A stretch of DNA of 64,000 bases from an uncultured Pseudomonadota bacterium. Its GTDB lineage: Bacteria > Myxococcota_A > UBA796 > SXON01. A program made the translations under genes and the position numbers. The stretch's first letter is position 1. The number at the start of each line of letters is the position of its first letter. The stretch lies in NCBI GenBank assembly GCA_903921785.1, contig CAIXRH010000014.1:1697-65696 (forward strand). The letters are read 5' to 3'. Positions 27,833 to 37,601 of this stretch are shown here, piece after piece. The notes under the pieces were generated by a model. The model saw only the letters and a list, made by a program, of their open reading frames with translations, ran no database searches and was not told the origin of the DNA.

Positions 27833-29170
27833 CTAACCGGAAGCGGCCTCGGCCCGCGCGCCGTCTGCGCCGAGCACTTCGCTGACCGCCGCGGCCACCG
27901 CCGCGACCAGCTGGTCGAGGGCCGCGTCGTCGATCACCAGGGGCGGCATCACCACCACCGTGTCGCCGAGGTTGCGGATGATCGCGCCGTGGCGCCGGGC
28001 CGCGAGCGAGACCCGGTGCCCGAACCGGCCGACGGCTGGCAACGGACGACCACCGGGAGCCGTCAACAGGATCGCGCCCATCATCCCCACCCGGCGCACC
28101 TCGGTGACACATGGGTGATGTATCGCCCGAAGCGCGGCGTCGAGGCGGAGTCCGGCGCGTTGAGCGCGCTCGAGGATCGCCTCGTCCCGATACACGTCGA
28201 GCGTGGCGTTGGCCACCGCCACCGCGAGCGGATTCCCGGTATAGGTATGCCCGTGGTAGAACGTACGGTGCGCCGAGTACGGTCCTCGGAAACATCCGTA
28301 TACTGTTTCACTCGTCAGGGTGGCGGCGAGCGGTAGATAGCCGCCCGTGATCGCCTTGGCGAGGCAGAGGAAGTCAGGACGGATCCCCGCCGCCTCACAG
28401 GCGAACATCGGCCCGCTGCGGCCGAAGCCGGTGGCCACCTCGTCCACGACCAGCCAAGCCCCGGCTGCGCGGGCCAGGCGGGCCAATTCGCGCAAGAAGC
28501 CCACGCTGTGGGTCCGCATGCCCGCGGCACCCTGAACGAGCGGTTCCACGACCAGCGCAGCGATCTCCTCCCCGTGTTCGGCGAACAGCGCACGCGCCTG
28601 GGCGAGGCACCGGGCTTCCTCCGCAGGGTCCGACCGCTCGGGGCTCTCCACGCGCAGGGCAGAGAACAACAACGGGCGGTAGATCCCATGGAACAGGTCA
28701 ATGCCCCCCAGTGATACACTGCCGACTGTATCACCGTGATACGCCTCAGAGAGCGCGGCGAACCGGGTGCGTCGCGTCTCGCCCAGCTGCTGCTTTCCCT
28801 GGAAGGCCATCTTCAACGCCACCTCCACCGCGGTGGAGCCCGAATCGCTGTAGAACACCCGGTCGAGGCCGGTGAGCGCGCAGAGCCGCTCCGCGTGCTC
28901 GATCGCGCCCGGGTGGGTGAGCCCGAGCATCGTGGTGTGGGCGATCCGCCCCGCCTGCTCGGCCAGGGCGGCGTCCAACCGAGGGTGCCGGTGCCCGAGC
29001 ACGTTGCACCACAACGAGGAGGTGCCGTCGACGTAGCGCCGCCCCGCCGTGTCGATGAGCCAGACGCCCTCGCCCCGCTCGATGACCAGGTTTTCCTCCT
29101 GCTTCTCCCACTCGTCCGCCTGGGTGAAGGGGTGCCAGAGGGAAGCGTAGTCGCGCCGAAGCCAGTCCAT
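27833..29170 (-). CDS. bioA: Adenosylmethionine-8-amino-7-oxononanoate aminotransferase
   Basis: LWHPFTQ, SSLWCN, SDSGSTAVEVALKMA, YHGDT, EPLVQGAAGM, DEVATGFGR, AKAITGGYLPL. Confidence 0.95.
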   Translation of the reverse strand: MDWLRRDYASLWHPFTQADEWEKQEENLVIERGEGVWLIDTAGRRYVDGTSSLWCNVLGHRHPRLDAALAEQAGRIAHTTMLGLTHPGAIEHAERLCALTGLDRVFYSDSGSTAVEVALKMAFQGKQQLGETRRTRFAALSEAYHGDTVGSVSLGGIDLFHGIYRPLLFSALRVESPERSDPAEEARCLAQARALFAEHGEEIAALVVEPLVQGAAGMRTHSVGFLRELARLARAAGAWLVVDEVATGFGRSGPMFACEAAGIRPDFLCLAKAITGGYLPLAATLTSETVYGCFRGPYSAHRTFYHGHTYTGNPLAVAVANATLDVYRDEAILERAQRAGLRLDAALRAIHHPCVTEVRRVGMMGAILLTAPGGRPLPAVGRFGHRVSLAARRHGAIIRNLGDTVVVMPPLVIDDAALDQLVAAVAAAVSEVLGADGARAEAASG

Positions 29171-29222
29171 CGCCGCGCGCTAACCCACGCGCCCGGACCC
29201 GCCGGGGCGATACGCTGCGACC

Positions 29223-30206
29223 ATGGTGCTGTTCTTCCTCGCTTGTGAGCCGGATGACCCCGCGCCCGCCCCGATGGACCCCACGGTGGAGGGGCCGTAC
29301 GGCGTGGGACGGAAGACCGCCGCACTCGACGATGATCGGGGCGGCACCCTGACGGTTGACGTGTGGTACCCGGCGGACGTGAGCGGCGAGCCCGACCCCT
29401 ACGCGCCGACCGTCTTCACCGGCCTCGCGCGCATCGGCGCGCCGCGGGTCGAGGGGGAGTTCCCCCTGGTGGTGTTCTCCCACGGCAACGGGGGCATCCG
29501 CTTCCAGAGCTTCTTCCTGACCGAGTGGCTCGCCTCCCACGGGTTCGTCGTGGTCGCGCCGGACCATCCGCACAACACCGCCTTCGACTACGACGACAGC
29601 GTGCTCGACGAGGTGATGGCGCGCCGCCCCGGCGATGTCTCGCGTGCCGCCGACTACGCGATCGAGAGCTACGGCACGGAGGAGCAGTACCTGGTCATGG
29701 GGCACTCCTTCGGCGGATGGACCACCCTCGCCGTCGCCGGTGGCACGTTGGACTTCACGTGGATGGACCAGTGGTGTGCGGACGGCGGCGTCGGCGAGCT
29801 CTGCGGGATCGACCACCCGACGGAAACCATCGCCGACCAGCCCGACCCGCGGGCCTACGGCGGGGTCGCGATGGCCCCCTGTGGCTGGTACAGCTTCGGT
29901 GAGAGCGGCCTGGCCAACGAGACGGGGGTGGCGGTGATGGCCGGAGAGAAGGACACAACCTGCCCGCTGGAGGGCGAAGCGAAGCCTACGGTGGAGCGGC
30001 TCGGTGCCCCCACCGCCCTCTACACCGTGGCCGGCGGAGGTCACTTCGTGTTCTCCATCCTGTGCGACCTCGGCCCGATCCAGGAAGAATGTGGCGATCC
30101 CACCTACGCCAGCACCGAGGAGGCACAGCCCGGCATCGCCGCGTGGGCCACCGCCTGGGCGCTCCGCCGCTGGACCGGAGACGAAGCGTACGACGCCTGG
30201 CTCTGA
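29223..30206 (+). CDS. Alpha/beta hydrolase lipoprotein (dienelactone hydrolase/PAF-AH-like)
   Basis: FFLAC lipobox; [29 protein letters not shown]. Confidence 0.88.
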   Translation: MVLFFLACEPDDPAPAPMDPTVEGPYGVGRKTAALDDDRGGTLTVDVWYPADVSGEPDPYAPTVFTGLARIGAPRVEGEFPLVVFSHGNGGIRFQSFFLTEWLASHGFVVVAPDHPHNTAFDYDDSVLDEVMARRPGDVSRAADYAIESYGTEEQYLVMGHSFGGWTTLAVAGGTLDFTWMDQWCADGGVGELCGIDHPTETIADQPDPRAYGGVAMAPCGWYSFGESGLANETGVAVMAGEKDTTCPLEGEAKPTVERLGAPTALYTVAGGGHFVFSILCDLGPIQEECGDPTYASTEEAQPGIAAWATAWALRRWTGDEAYDAWL

Positions 30207-30373
30207 ACCGCGGGGATGGGCGCCGGGGGAGCCACTCCGCCCGCCTCGCCATTCTCGCCGACCAGGGCGGCTCGACCGCCGACGGGTCCGGGGGGCAAGG
30301 CGGTGGGGCGCCACCAGCCCCTCGACATGCCAACGCCAACCTGCGCAGGTTAGCCACGCCGTCCGGAGCGCCC

Positions 30374-31018
30374 ATGCCCCCCATCGTCTCCCCCAGCATC
30401 CTCAGCGCCGACTTCTCCCGCCTCGGCGCCGAGCTCGAGAGCGTGCGCTCCGCCGACTGGATCCACGTCGACGTGATGGACGGGCGCTTCGTGCCCAACC
30501 TCACGATCGGTCCGCTGGTCGTGGAGGCCGCCCGCCGGTCCACCACGCTGCCGCTGGACGTGCACCTGATGATCGTCGAGCCCGACAAGTACATCGAGGA
30601 CTTCCGCAAGGCGGGAGCGGACTGGATCACGGTGCACGCCGAAGCGTGCCCCCACCTCGACCGGAGCCTCCAGGCCATCCGCGCGACCGGCGCCAAGGCG
30701 GGCGTCGCCCTGAACCCGCACACGCCGGAGTCGGTGCTCGACTACGTGCTCGAGGTCACCGATCTCGTGCTGGTGATGAGCGTGAACCCCGGGTTTGGCG
30801 GCCAGTCGCTCATCGATCGGGTGTTCCCCAAGATCGAGCGCCTCCGCCGCCGGATCGACGGCCAGGGCCTCCGCACGCTCATCGAGGTGGACGGCGGCGT
30901 GAAACCGTCGAACGCCCGGCGCTTCGTGGAAGCCGGCGCCCACGCCCTGGTGGCCGGCTCTGCGGTGTTCGGCGCGCCGGACCGCGCGGCTGCGATCCGG
31001 GCGATCCGCGAGGCGTGA
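30374..31018 (+). CDS. rpe: Ribulose-phosphate 3-epimerase
   Basis: [41 protein letters not shown]. Confidence 0.97.
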   Translation: MPPIVSPSILSADFSRLGAELESVRSADWIHVDVMDGRFVPNLTIGPLVVEAARRSTTLPLDVHLMIVEPDKYIEDFRKAGADWITVHAEACPHLDRSLQAIRATGAKAGVALNPHTPESVLDYVLEVTDLVLVMSVNPGFGGQSLIDRVFPKIERLRRRIDGQGLRTLIEVDGGVKPSNARRFVEAGAHALVAGSAVFGAPDRAAAIRAIREA

Positions 31019-31028
31019 GCCCTGGCGA

Positions 31029-31409
31029 TCAGAGGACGATCTGATCGTCCGCGAGGCCTGCCCGCACCACCGCGGCGAGCTCCCGCTCCAACGACTCCGG
31101 ATCCAAGGCGTTCTGGAGCACGAGGATGTCCCCGAGCCGCGGCGTCTGGCGGCGCTGATCGATCAAGAGGTGGTCGACGTCGGCGGCGGTGAGGTAGCCC
31201 AGCGCAACGGCCACAGTGCCGAACGGCTCCTTGGACTCCGTCTGCTTCGAGAGAACCTCCAGCACCTGCCGGACGCTCATCTTGCGCTCACGCAGCGCCA
31301 ATTGGCCGATTCGCGGTCGGCGCTGCTCCTGGAAATCCAGGGCGTCGATGAGCTGCTCGGGGCTGATGAGGCCCTGGCGGATGAGGTGTAGGCCAAGGGT
31401 CAAGCGCAT
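31029..31409 (-). CDS. Stand-alone MshEN-repeat protein (putative c-di-GMP binder)
   Basis: Four (R/T/P)(L/I/F)GxxL/A...LxxQ-type units: TLGLHLIRQGLI, RIGQLAL, PFGTVAVALGYL, RLGDILV; overlaps cheA stop. Confidence 0.7.
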   Translation of the reverse strand: MRLTLGLHLIRQGLISPEQLIDALDFQEQRRPRIGQLALRERKMSVRQVLEVLSKQTESKEPFGTVAVALGYLTAADVDHLLIDQRRQTPRLGDILVLQNALDPESLERELAAVVRAGLADDQIVL

Positions 31410-33103
31410 GGATACTCCGTGGAGGGGAACGTCCGGACCAGCTCGGCCAGCCCGACCGGATCGACGATTAACCCGACTCGGCCGTCTCCGAGGATCGCCG
31501 CCCCGGAGACGCCGTCCAACGGACCGAGGTCCGTGCCGATCGACTTCGCGACCACCTGTTGCTGGCCGAGGAGCTCGTCCACCTGCAGCGCATACGGTTC
31601 GCTCCCCGCGCGAAGGATGACCACAAGCCGCGCCCCCTCCGCGCTCTCCGGATTCCCAAACAAGCGAGACAGCCGATACACGGGCAGCACCCGCTCGCGA
31701 AGTCGCAGCATCTCGCCACGCCCCCAGAGCGTGAACAGGTCGCCTGCGGCGGGCTGCGCCACCGTCTCGATGCTCGAGGTGGGGATGACGTACCGCTGCT
31801 CGCCGGAGCGCACCAGCATGCCATCCAGGATCGCGAGTGTGAGCGGCAACGTGATGGTGAAGGTGGAGCCCTGTCCCACGACGGAGCGGATCTCCACCCG
31901 CCCCTTGAGCGTCTCCACGTTCCGACGGACGACGTCCATCCCGACCCCTCGCCCGCTGAGATCGGTCACGGTCTCGGCGGTGGAGAAGCCGGGGAGGAAG
32001 ATGAGCTCGAGCGACTCCTTCTCGGAGAGCACCGCGTCGGCGGCGATGAGCCCCCGACTCACGGCCTTCGCGCGGATGCGCTCGGGGTCCATGCCCCGAC
32101 CATCGTCGCTGAGCTCGACGATCACGGCGCCGCCCTCCTGGTAGGCCGCCAGCCGAACCGTGCCCGCCTCCGGCTTGCCCGCGGCCAGCCGCACCTCCGG
32201 CGACTCAAGGCCGTGGTCGATCGCGTTTCGGAGCATGTGCACCAGCGGATCGCCCAGCGCCTCGACCACGTTCCGGTCGAGCTCTGTCTCTTCCCCGGAG
32301 CTGACGAACTCCACCGGGCGGCGCACACGGTGGGCCGTGTCCCGCACCACGCGGTGTGCACGTTGGAACAGCTGCTTGAGCGGGACCATGCGCAAGGACA
32401 TGGCCAGGCTCTGGAGCTGGCGCACGATGCCGATCTGCTGCTCGATGTCCCGCCCGAAGCCAGTGTCAAGCCCCGTCGAGCGCTGCATGCCCTGCATCAC
32501 GATCGACGAAGCGATGACCAGCTCGCTGACCATGTCGACCATCCGGTCGAGACGGTCGGTACGGACGCGGACCCAGGCATCGGCGGCGGCGGCCGCGTTC
32601 GGAGACGCCGCGGGGGTCCCCGGCTCGATGGCCGCCTCTTGCGTCGAGGGGCGGGCAGCCACCAATGGGGCCGCCAACGGCTGATCCTCGAGGGTGAGCA
32701 CCAACAGTCGAGTCTCGATCGCTTCCAGGTCTCCCGGCAACTCAGCCGGGCGGCCCTGCGCGGCCGCCCCGGTCGCTTCCACCAGGAGCCGGAGCCCGTC
32801 GAGCGCGGCGATGCAGGCGTTCGCTCTCTCTCCAGCGAAGGTCATCTCCCCCGCGCGGATCCTCGAGAGCAGGGACTCGGCCTTGTGGGCGAGCGAGACC
32901 AGCGCGTCCAGACCGAGGAACCCGGCGACCCCCTTGATCGTGTGAAACGCCCGGAAGACCGCACCGATCGCCGCTGCATCGTCGGGGCGCTGCTCCAAGG
33001 CGAGGAGGTTGGTCTCGGCGGTGGCCACCTGCTCCGCCGCCTCGACGAGGAACTCGGACAGGAGCTCCATGTCGGTGTCGGCGGGAAGTGTGAGGCTGGC
33101 CAT
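31400..33103 (-). CDS. cheA: Chemotaxis histidine kinase CheA (copy 1)
   Basis: FRAFHTIKG Hpt; HMLRNAIDHG, DDGRG, GFST, SGRGVGMDVV; CheW domain GAAILGDG. Confidence 0.95.
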   Translation of the reverse strand: MASLTLPADTDMELLSEFLVEAAEQVATAETNLLALEQRPDDAAAIGAVFRAFHTIKGVAGFLGLDALVSLAHKAESLLSRIRAGEMTFAGERANACIAALDGLRLLVEATGAAAQGRPAELPGDLEAIETRLLVLTLEDQPLAAPLVAARPSTQEAAIEPGTPAASPNAAAAADAWVRVRTDRLDRMVDMVSELVIASSIVMQGMQRSTGLDTGFGRDIEQQIGIVRQLQSLAMSLRMVPLKQLFQRAHRVVRDTAHRVRRPVEFVSSGEETELDRNVVEALGDPLVHMLRNAIDHGLESPEVRLAAGKPEAGTVRLAAYQEGGAVIVELSDDGRGMDPERIRAKAVSRGLIAADAVLSEKESLELIFLPGFSTAETVTDLSGRGVGMDVVRRNVETLKGRVEIRSVVGQGSTFTITLPLTLAILDGMLVRSGEQRYVIPTSSIETVAQPAAGDLFTLWGRGEMLRLRERVLPVYRLSRLFGNPESAEGARLVVILRAGSEPYALQVDELLGQQQVVAKSIGTDLGPLDGVSGAAILGDGRVGLIVDPVGLAELVRTFPSTEYPCA

Positions 33104-33115
33104 GGCGGTGCCTCC

Positions 33116-33142
33116 GCATCGGATCGCGCCCCGCGCACTTGA
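33116..33142 (-). promoter_or_regulatory. Sigma28 (FliA)-like promoter for cheA1
   Basis: Minus strand TCAA-N15-TCCGATGC, immediately upstream of the GGAGG RBS. Confidence 0.5.
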
Positions 33143-33186
33143 GGGTGTTCTCGGCGGATCTCGATCGGCCAACGCCGGGCCTCCCC

Positions 33187-33213
33187 TACAGTCCGGCAGG
33201 GAATTGCCGATGG
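33187..33213 (+). promoter_or_regulatory. Sigma28 (FliA)-like promoter for the che operon
   Basis: TACA-N15-GCCGATGG versus consensus TAAA-N15-GCCGATAA. Confidence 0.55.
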
Positions 33214-33224
33214 GGTGGGGCACC

Positions 33225-33494
33225 ATGGCGTCAGCCCCGCTCGCACCTGTCGGCCACCTCGGAACGGAGGCCGCCCTCGACCTCCTCGCCGAAGCACGCG
33301 CCGTGGTCCTGGAAGGGGGGGATGTCACCGTTTCCCTCGCTGCGGTCGATGACCTCGGCGGGGCCTGCGCGCAGGTCCTCGTCTCCCTCTCCCGCACGCT
33401 CGAGCGCCGCGGCAACCACCTCCACCTCGTCGACGTGCCGCCCGGGATCGCCCCGATTCTCGGCTGGTGTGGCCTCCCCGCATCTGGAGCCTGA
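33225..33494 (+). CDS. STAS-domain protein
   Basis: VSLAAVDDLGGACAQVL; position directly before cheY-cheA. Confidence 0.75.
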   Translation: MASAPLAPVGHLGTEAALDLLAEARAVVLEGGDVTVSLAAVDDLGGACAQVLVSLSRTLERRGNHLHLVDVPPGIAPILGWCGLPASGA

Positions 33495-33860
33495 ATGGGC
33501 AAGACCGTCCTCGTCCTCGATGACTCTGCGAGCGTTCGCCGTCTCGTTGTCGCCACCCTCCAAGGGGCCGGCTACTCCGTCGTGGAAGGCGAGCATGGCG
33601 CCGAGGGGCTCGCCGCGCTCGACCGCTCCGCCGTAGACGCCATCGTCACCGACCTGAACATGCCGGTGATGAACGGGCTGGACTTCGTCCGCGCCGCTCG
33701 GCGCCGACCCGCCAATCGGTTCACGCCCATCCTGATGCTCACCACCGAGACCGGAGAGGCCAAGAAGCAGGAAGGCCGGGCCGCCGGATGTACCGGCTGG
33801 ATCAACAAGCCCGTGTCGCCGCCCACGCTGTTGCAGGTCCTGGCCCGGGCGGTGCCGTGA
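33495..33860 (+). CDS. cheY: Chemotaxis response regulator
   Basis: LDDS, TDLNMPVMNG, MLTTE, GWINKP. Confidence 0.93.
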   Translation: MGKTVLVLDDSASVRRLVVATLQGAGYSVVEGEHGAEGLAALDRSAVDAIVTDLNMPVMNGLDFVRAARRRPANRFTPILMLTTETGEAKKQEGRAAGCTGWINKPVSPPTLLQVLARAVP

Positions 33861-35866
33861 CCGAGGGGTCCCCGCTCGATCTCAGCCGCTTCCTCCCCCT
33901 GTTCTTCGAGGAGGCGGAGGAGCACCTCGAGGTGCTCGAGCGCGGCTTGATGGCGGCGGAGTCCGGCGCCGACCCGCGCCCGTTCATCGACGACTGCTTC
34001 CGGGCCGCCCACTCGCTCAAGGGCTCGGCGGGGAGCCTCGGCCTCCACATCGTCGTGGGCCACACCCACGTCCTGGAGACCGAGCTCGACGCCGTTCGCG
34101 GCGGGGCCCGCCCGCTCGACCGGGCCCTCGCCGGACACCTCCTCGTGGGGGTGGACCTGCTCCGGCGGGTCCTCGATTCGCTCACGGCCGGCGGAGACGG
34201 ACAGGTGGAGGGCGCCGCCGAGTGGACTCACGGGGCCGTCTCCGGAGCCGTGAGCCCGGTGGAAGCCCGCCCCGAAGCGGCAAGGGGCGGGCTGCGCCTG
34301 CGCCTGTCGACGCACGCGGACACGTTCCGATGCGGCCTCGACCCCCTGCCCCTCCTCCGCGACCTGGACATGCTCGCGGGCGTCGTGCGCGCCGAGCTCG
34401 CCGCCATCCCGGAGCTCGACGAGCTCGATCCGACGACCTGTCACCTGACCTGGACCCTCGGCCTCGCCGAGTCTCCTCCGCCGGAGATGGTCGACGAGCT
34501 GTTTGGCTTCGCAGACCATCTGTTCACGGTGGAACATCTGCCCGACGTCGCAGACGTGCCCCAGGCCGTGGCAACGCCAGCCGTTTCTGTGGCCCCGGGG
34601 CCCGCCCACGTCGCCGCGCCGGCGCCGCGTCCCGAACGCGCAACACTCCGGATCGCGACGGAGAAGGTCGACCGATTGGTCGACCTCGTCGGCGAGCTGG
34701 TGATCTCCCAGGCGATCCTCGGCGAGGTGCTCCACGAGCTGGGGCAAGCCGCCAGCGAGCGCGTGCAGAGCGCATTCGCAACCTTGGAGCGCAACACTCG
34801 CGAGGTTCAGGAGCGCGCGATGGGCATCCGGATGCTCCCAGTCGCCATGGCGTTCGACCGGCTGCCTCGGTTGGTCCGCGACCTCGGCGAGCGCCTCGGC
34901 AAGCGCATGGGGGTGGTGATCGAAGGGGAGGAGACGGAGCTCGACCGGAGCGTGCTCGAGCACCTCACTGACCCCCTCACCCACCTCATCCGCAACTGCG
35001 CCGACCACGGCATCGAGCCGGCCGCCGATCGCGAAGCGGCCGGAAAACCCCCGGTCGGCACCGTGCTGGTCCGCGCGATGCACCAGGGCTCCACGGTGAT
35101 CATCGAGGTTTCCGACGACGGCCGCGGGCTCGACTACGCGCGCATCCGCACCCGCGCCGTGGAGCGGGGCATCCTCGGCGCCGAAGCCGCGCTCAGCGAA
35201 GCCGAGACGATCGAATTGCTCTTCGCTCCCGGCTTCTCCACCGCGGACACGGTCTCCGACGTCAGCGGTCGTGGCGTCGGGATGGACGTCGTCCGGCACA
35301 GCATCGAGGCTCTCGGCGGGCGCGTGGCGATGTCCAGCAAGCTCGGCGAGGGCACCCGCGTACGGATGACCTTCCCGCTCACCCTCGCCATCGTGGAGGG
35401 GCTCTGCGTGCGCGTGGCCGACACCACCTACGTGGTGCCCATGGCGGCGATCACCAGCTCGTTCCGCCCGAACCCCCGCGATCTCAAGCCAGTGCTCGGC
35501 CGCGGAGAGCTGGTGATCTCGCAAGGCGTGCAGATGCCGCTCGTCCGGCTCTCCGAAGTGCTCTCCGGGCCACCGGGCGTCGAGGACCCGTGCCGCGGGC
35601 TCCTGGTCGTGGTCCAGCACGAGGCCGACCAGGCTGCCCTGTTGGTCGATGGGGTCATCGGGTCCACCCAGGCCGTCATCAAGAACCTCGAACGGAACTT
35701 CCAACGGGTGGAGGGGGTGATGGGCGCCACCATCCTCGGCGACGGCCGCGTCGCGCTCGTCCTCGATGTCGCCGGCGTCCTCCGCCTGGCCCGCCGGCGC
35801 ACCGGTTCTTCACGCGTTCGCACTTCTATCGCTCTCGGAGCCGCATCATGCACGGTCCAACCTTGA
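33857..35866 (+). CDS. cheA: Chemotaxis histidine kinase CheA (copy 2)
   Basis: FRAAHSLKG; HLIRNCADHG; SGRGVGMDVV; GATILGDG; GTGA overlap with cheY. Confidence 0.95.
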   Translation: MTEGSPLDLSRFLPLFFEEAEEHLEVLERGLMAAESGADPRPFIDDCFRAAHSLKGSAGSLGLHIVVGHTHVLETELDAVRGGARPLDRALAGHLLVGVDLLRRVLDSLTAGGDGQVEGAAEWTHGAVSGAVSPVEARPEAARGGLRLRLSTHADTFRCGLDPLPLLRDLDMLAGVVRAELAAIPELDELDPTTCHLTWTLGLAESPPPEMVDELFGFADHLFTVEHLPDVADVPQAVATPAVSVAPGPAHVAAPAPRPERATLRIATEKVDRLVDLVGELVISQAILGEVLHELGQAASERVQSAFATLERNTREVQERAMGIRMLPVAMAFDRLPRLVRDLGERLGKRMGVVIEGEETELDRSVLEHLTDPLTHLIRNCADHGIEPAADREAAGKPPVGTVLVRAMHQGSTVIIEVSDDGRGLDYARIRTRAVERGILGAEAALSEAETIELLFAPGFSTADTVSDVSGRGVGMDVVRHSIEALGGRVAMSSKLGEGTRVRMTFPLTLAIVEGLCVRVADTTYVVPMAAITSSFRPNPRDLKPVLGRGELVISQGVQMPLVRLSEVLSGPPGVEDPCRGLLVVVQHEADQAALLVDGVIGSTQAVIKNLERNFQRVEGVMGATILGDGRVALVLDVAGVLRLARRRTGSSRVRTSIALGAASCTVQP

Positions 35867-36324
35867 CCTCCAACCAGCCGGCCGTGGCCGACATCCCCCG
35901 CCAATGCCTCACGTTCGTGCTCGCCAAGGAAGAGTACGGCGTCGACATTCTCCGCGTGCAGGAGATCAAGGGGTTCACCGCGGTCACCCCGCTGCCGAAC
36001 ACCCCGCCGCACATCCGGGGGGTGATGAACCTCCGCGGGACCGTGGTGCCGGTGATCGATCTCCGCAGCCGCTTCGGCATGCCCGAGCACCCGTACGACA
36101 AGTTCACCGTCATCATCGTGCTCACGGTGGGGACCCGCGTGGTCGGTCTCGTGGTGGACGCGGTGAGCGACGTGCTGGAGATGGCCGACGTGGGCGTGGA
36201 CGCGACGCCCGACCTCGGCGCGGGCGTGGACACCTCGTTCCTCCGCGGGGTGTGCCGCTCGGGCGAACGGCTCGTCATGCTCCTGGACATCGACCAGGTC
36301 GTCGGCCTGGACACCGGGCGCTGA
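35848..36324 (+). CDS. cheW: CheW adaptor
   Basis: [38 protein letters not shown]. Confidence 0.95.
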   Translation: MHGPTLTSNQPAVADIPRQCLTFVLAKEEYGVDILRVQEIKGFTAVTPLPNTPPHIRGVMNLRGTVVPVIDLRSRFGMPEHPYDKFTVIIVLTVGTRVVGLVVDAVSDVLEMADVGVDATPDLGAGVDTSFLRGVCRSGERLVMLLDIDQVVGLDTGR

Positions 36325-36325
36325 C

Positions 36326-37600
36326 GTGTCCCTCTCGAGGCTGAACCTCGTGCAGCAGGCGCTCGTGGTCCACGGAGCCCAGGCGGTGGCGCTGATCGGC
36401 CTGGGCGCTTGGGTGGCGTCGCGTGCCGAGTCGGGCGGGATGGTCTTCCTGATTGGCACGGTCATCCTCGCGGTCCTCGGCCTCGCCAGCGCCACGTTGG
36501 TGGCCCACGGCTGCGCCCGGGTGCTGGAGCAGGCGGCGGCGGTGCTCGACGCCGCCCGGCAGCGGGACCTCCGGGGCCGCGTGCCCACCGAACGAACGGA
36601 CGAGGCCGGGCGAATCGCCCGCGCGGTCGGCCACACGCTTGACGTCCTCTCGCGGGCCTTCGGCGAGGTCCGAGGCGCGGCGCAGCACCTCGGAAGCGCG
36701 GCCGGGAGCGTCACCGAGTGGGCGCGGGAGGCCGAGGAGGCCGCCGGCCAGCAGGCGATCGCGCTCGAGGCGGCGCTGCAGGGCATCGCCGAGGCGCGCG
36801 CGGGCGTGGTGTCGAACGCCGATCAGGCGCGACAGGCGCATCAACTGGCGCTGCGAAACCGCGAGATCGCCGAAAGTGGCGGCGTCGTGCTCCGCTCCAC
36901 GGTTCGGGCGGTCACCGACATCGACGAAGCCAGCGCCCGCATCCGGGAGATCGTCACCACCATCGACGACATCGCCTTCCAGACCAACCTGCTCGCGCTC
37001 AACGCGGCGGTGGAAGCGGCCCGGGCCGGGGAAAACGGCCGGGGCTTCGCGGTCGTGGCCAGCGAAGTACGCAACCTCGCCCAACGGAGCGCGACCGCCG
37101 CGAGAGAGGCGAAGACCCTCATCGGACAGTCCGTCGAGCGCGCCCAGAACGGCGCTCGCCTCGCCGCGAAGGCGGGGGCCACCTTCGAGGAGGTCATCGC
37201 CAGCAGCCGTCGGGTCGCCGACATCGTCGCCGAGCTCTCGGCGGGGCTCACCGAGGAGGGCAGCACGCTCAACCGTGCCGACGCCGCCACGGCCGACGCC
37301 CTGGGTCGGGGGCGACAGTTGGCCGAGTCCGGCGCCCAGCTCGTGCTCCATGCGGACGCGCTGCGCTCCGCGGTCACGTCCTTGACCACCCTCGCCGACG
37401 CGTTCTCCGGCGTACAAGCCGTCGCCCCGCCGCTGGTGATGCCGACGCCGGTCGAAGACACCGGGGACTTCCTCCCCGAGCCCGCGCTCGCGCCCCTCGA
37501 CGCTCCCGTGCCCGCTCCGCGCCGGGTGAGCAGCGACTCGGTCGACTTCGCCGGCATGCGCCCCACCCCACCCAGCGACGACGCCTTCGACGGCAATTGA
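36326..37600 (+). CDS. Methyl-accepting chemotaxis protein without periplasmic sensor domain
   Basis: Two closely spaced hydrophobic segments, HAMP-like region, [34 protein letters not shown]. Confidence 0.9.
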   Translation: MSLSRLNLVQQALVVHGAQAVALIGLGAWVASRAESGGMVFLIGTVILAVLGLASATLVAHGCARVLEQAAAVLDAARQRDLRGRVPTERTDEAGRIARAVGHTLDVLSRAFGEVRGAAQHLGSAAGSVTEWAREAEEAAGQQAIALEAALQGIAEARAGVVSNADQARQAHQLALRNREIAESGGVVLRSTVRAVTDIDEASARIREIVTTIDDIAFQTNLLALNAAVEAARAGENGRGFAVVASEVRNLAQRSATAAREAKTLIGQSVERAQNGARLAAKAGATFEEVIASSRRVADIVAELSAGLTEEGSTLNRADAATADALGRGRQLAESGAQLVLHADALRSAVTSLTTLADAFSGVQAVAPPLVMPTPVEDTGDFLPEPALAPLDAPVPAPRRVSSDSVDFAGMRPTPPSDDAFDGN

Positions 37601-37601
37601 C

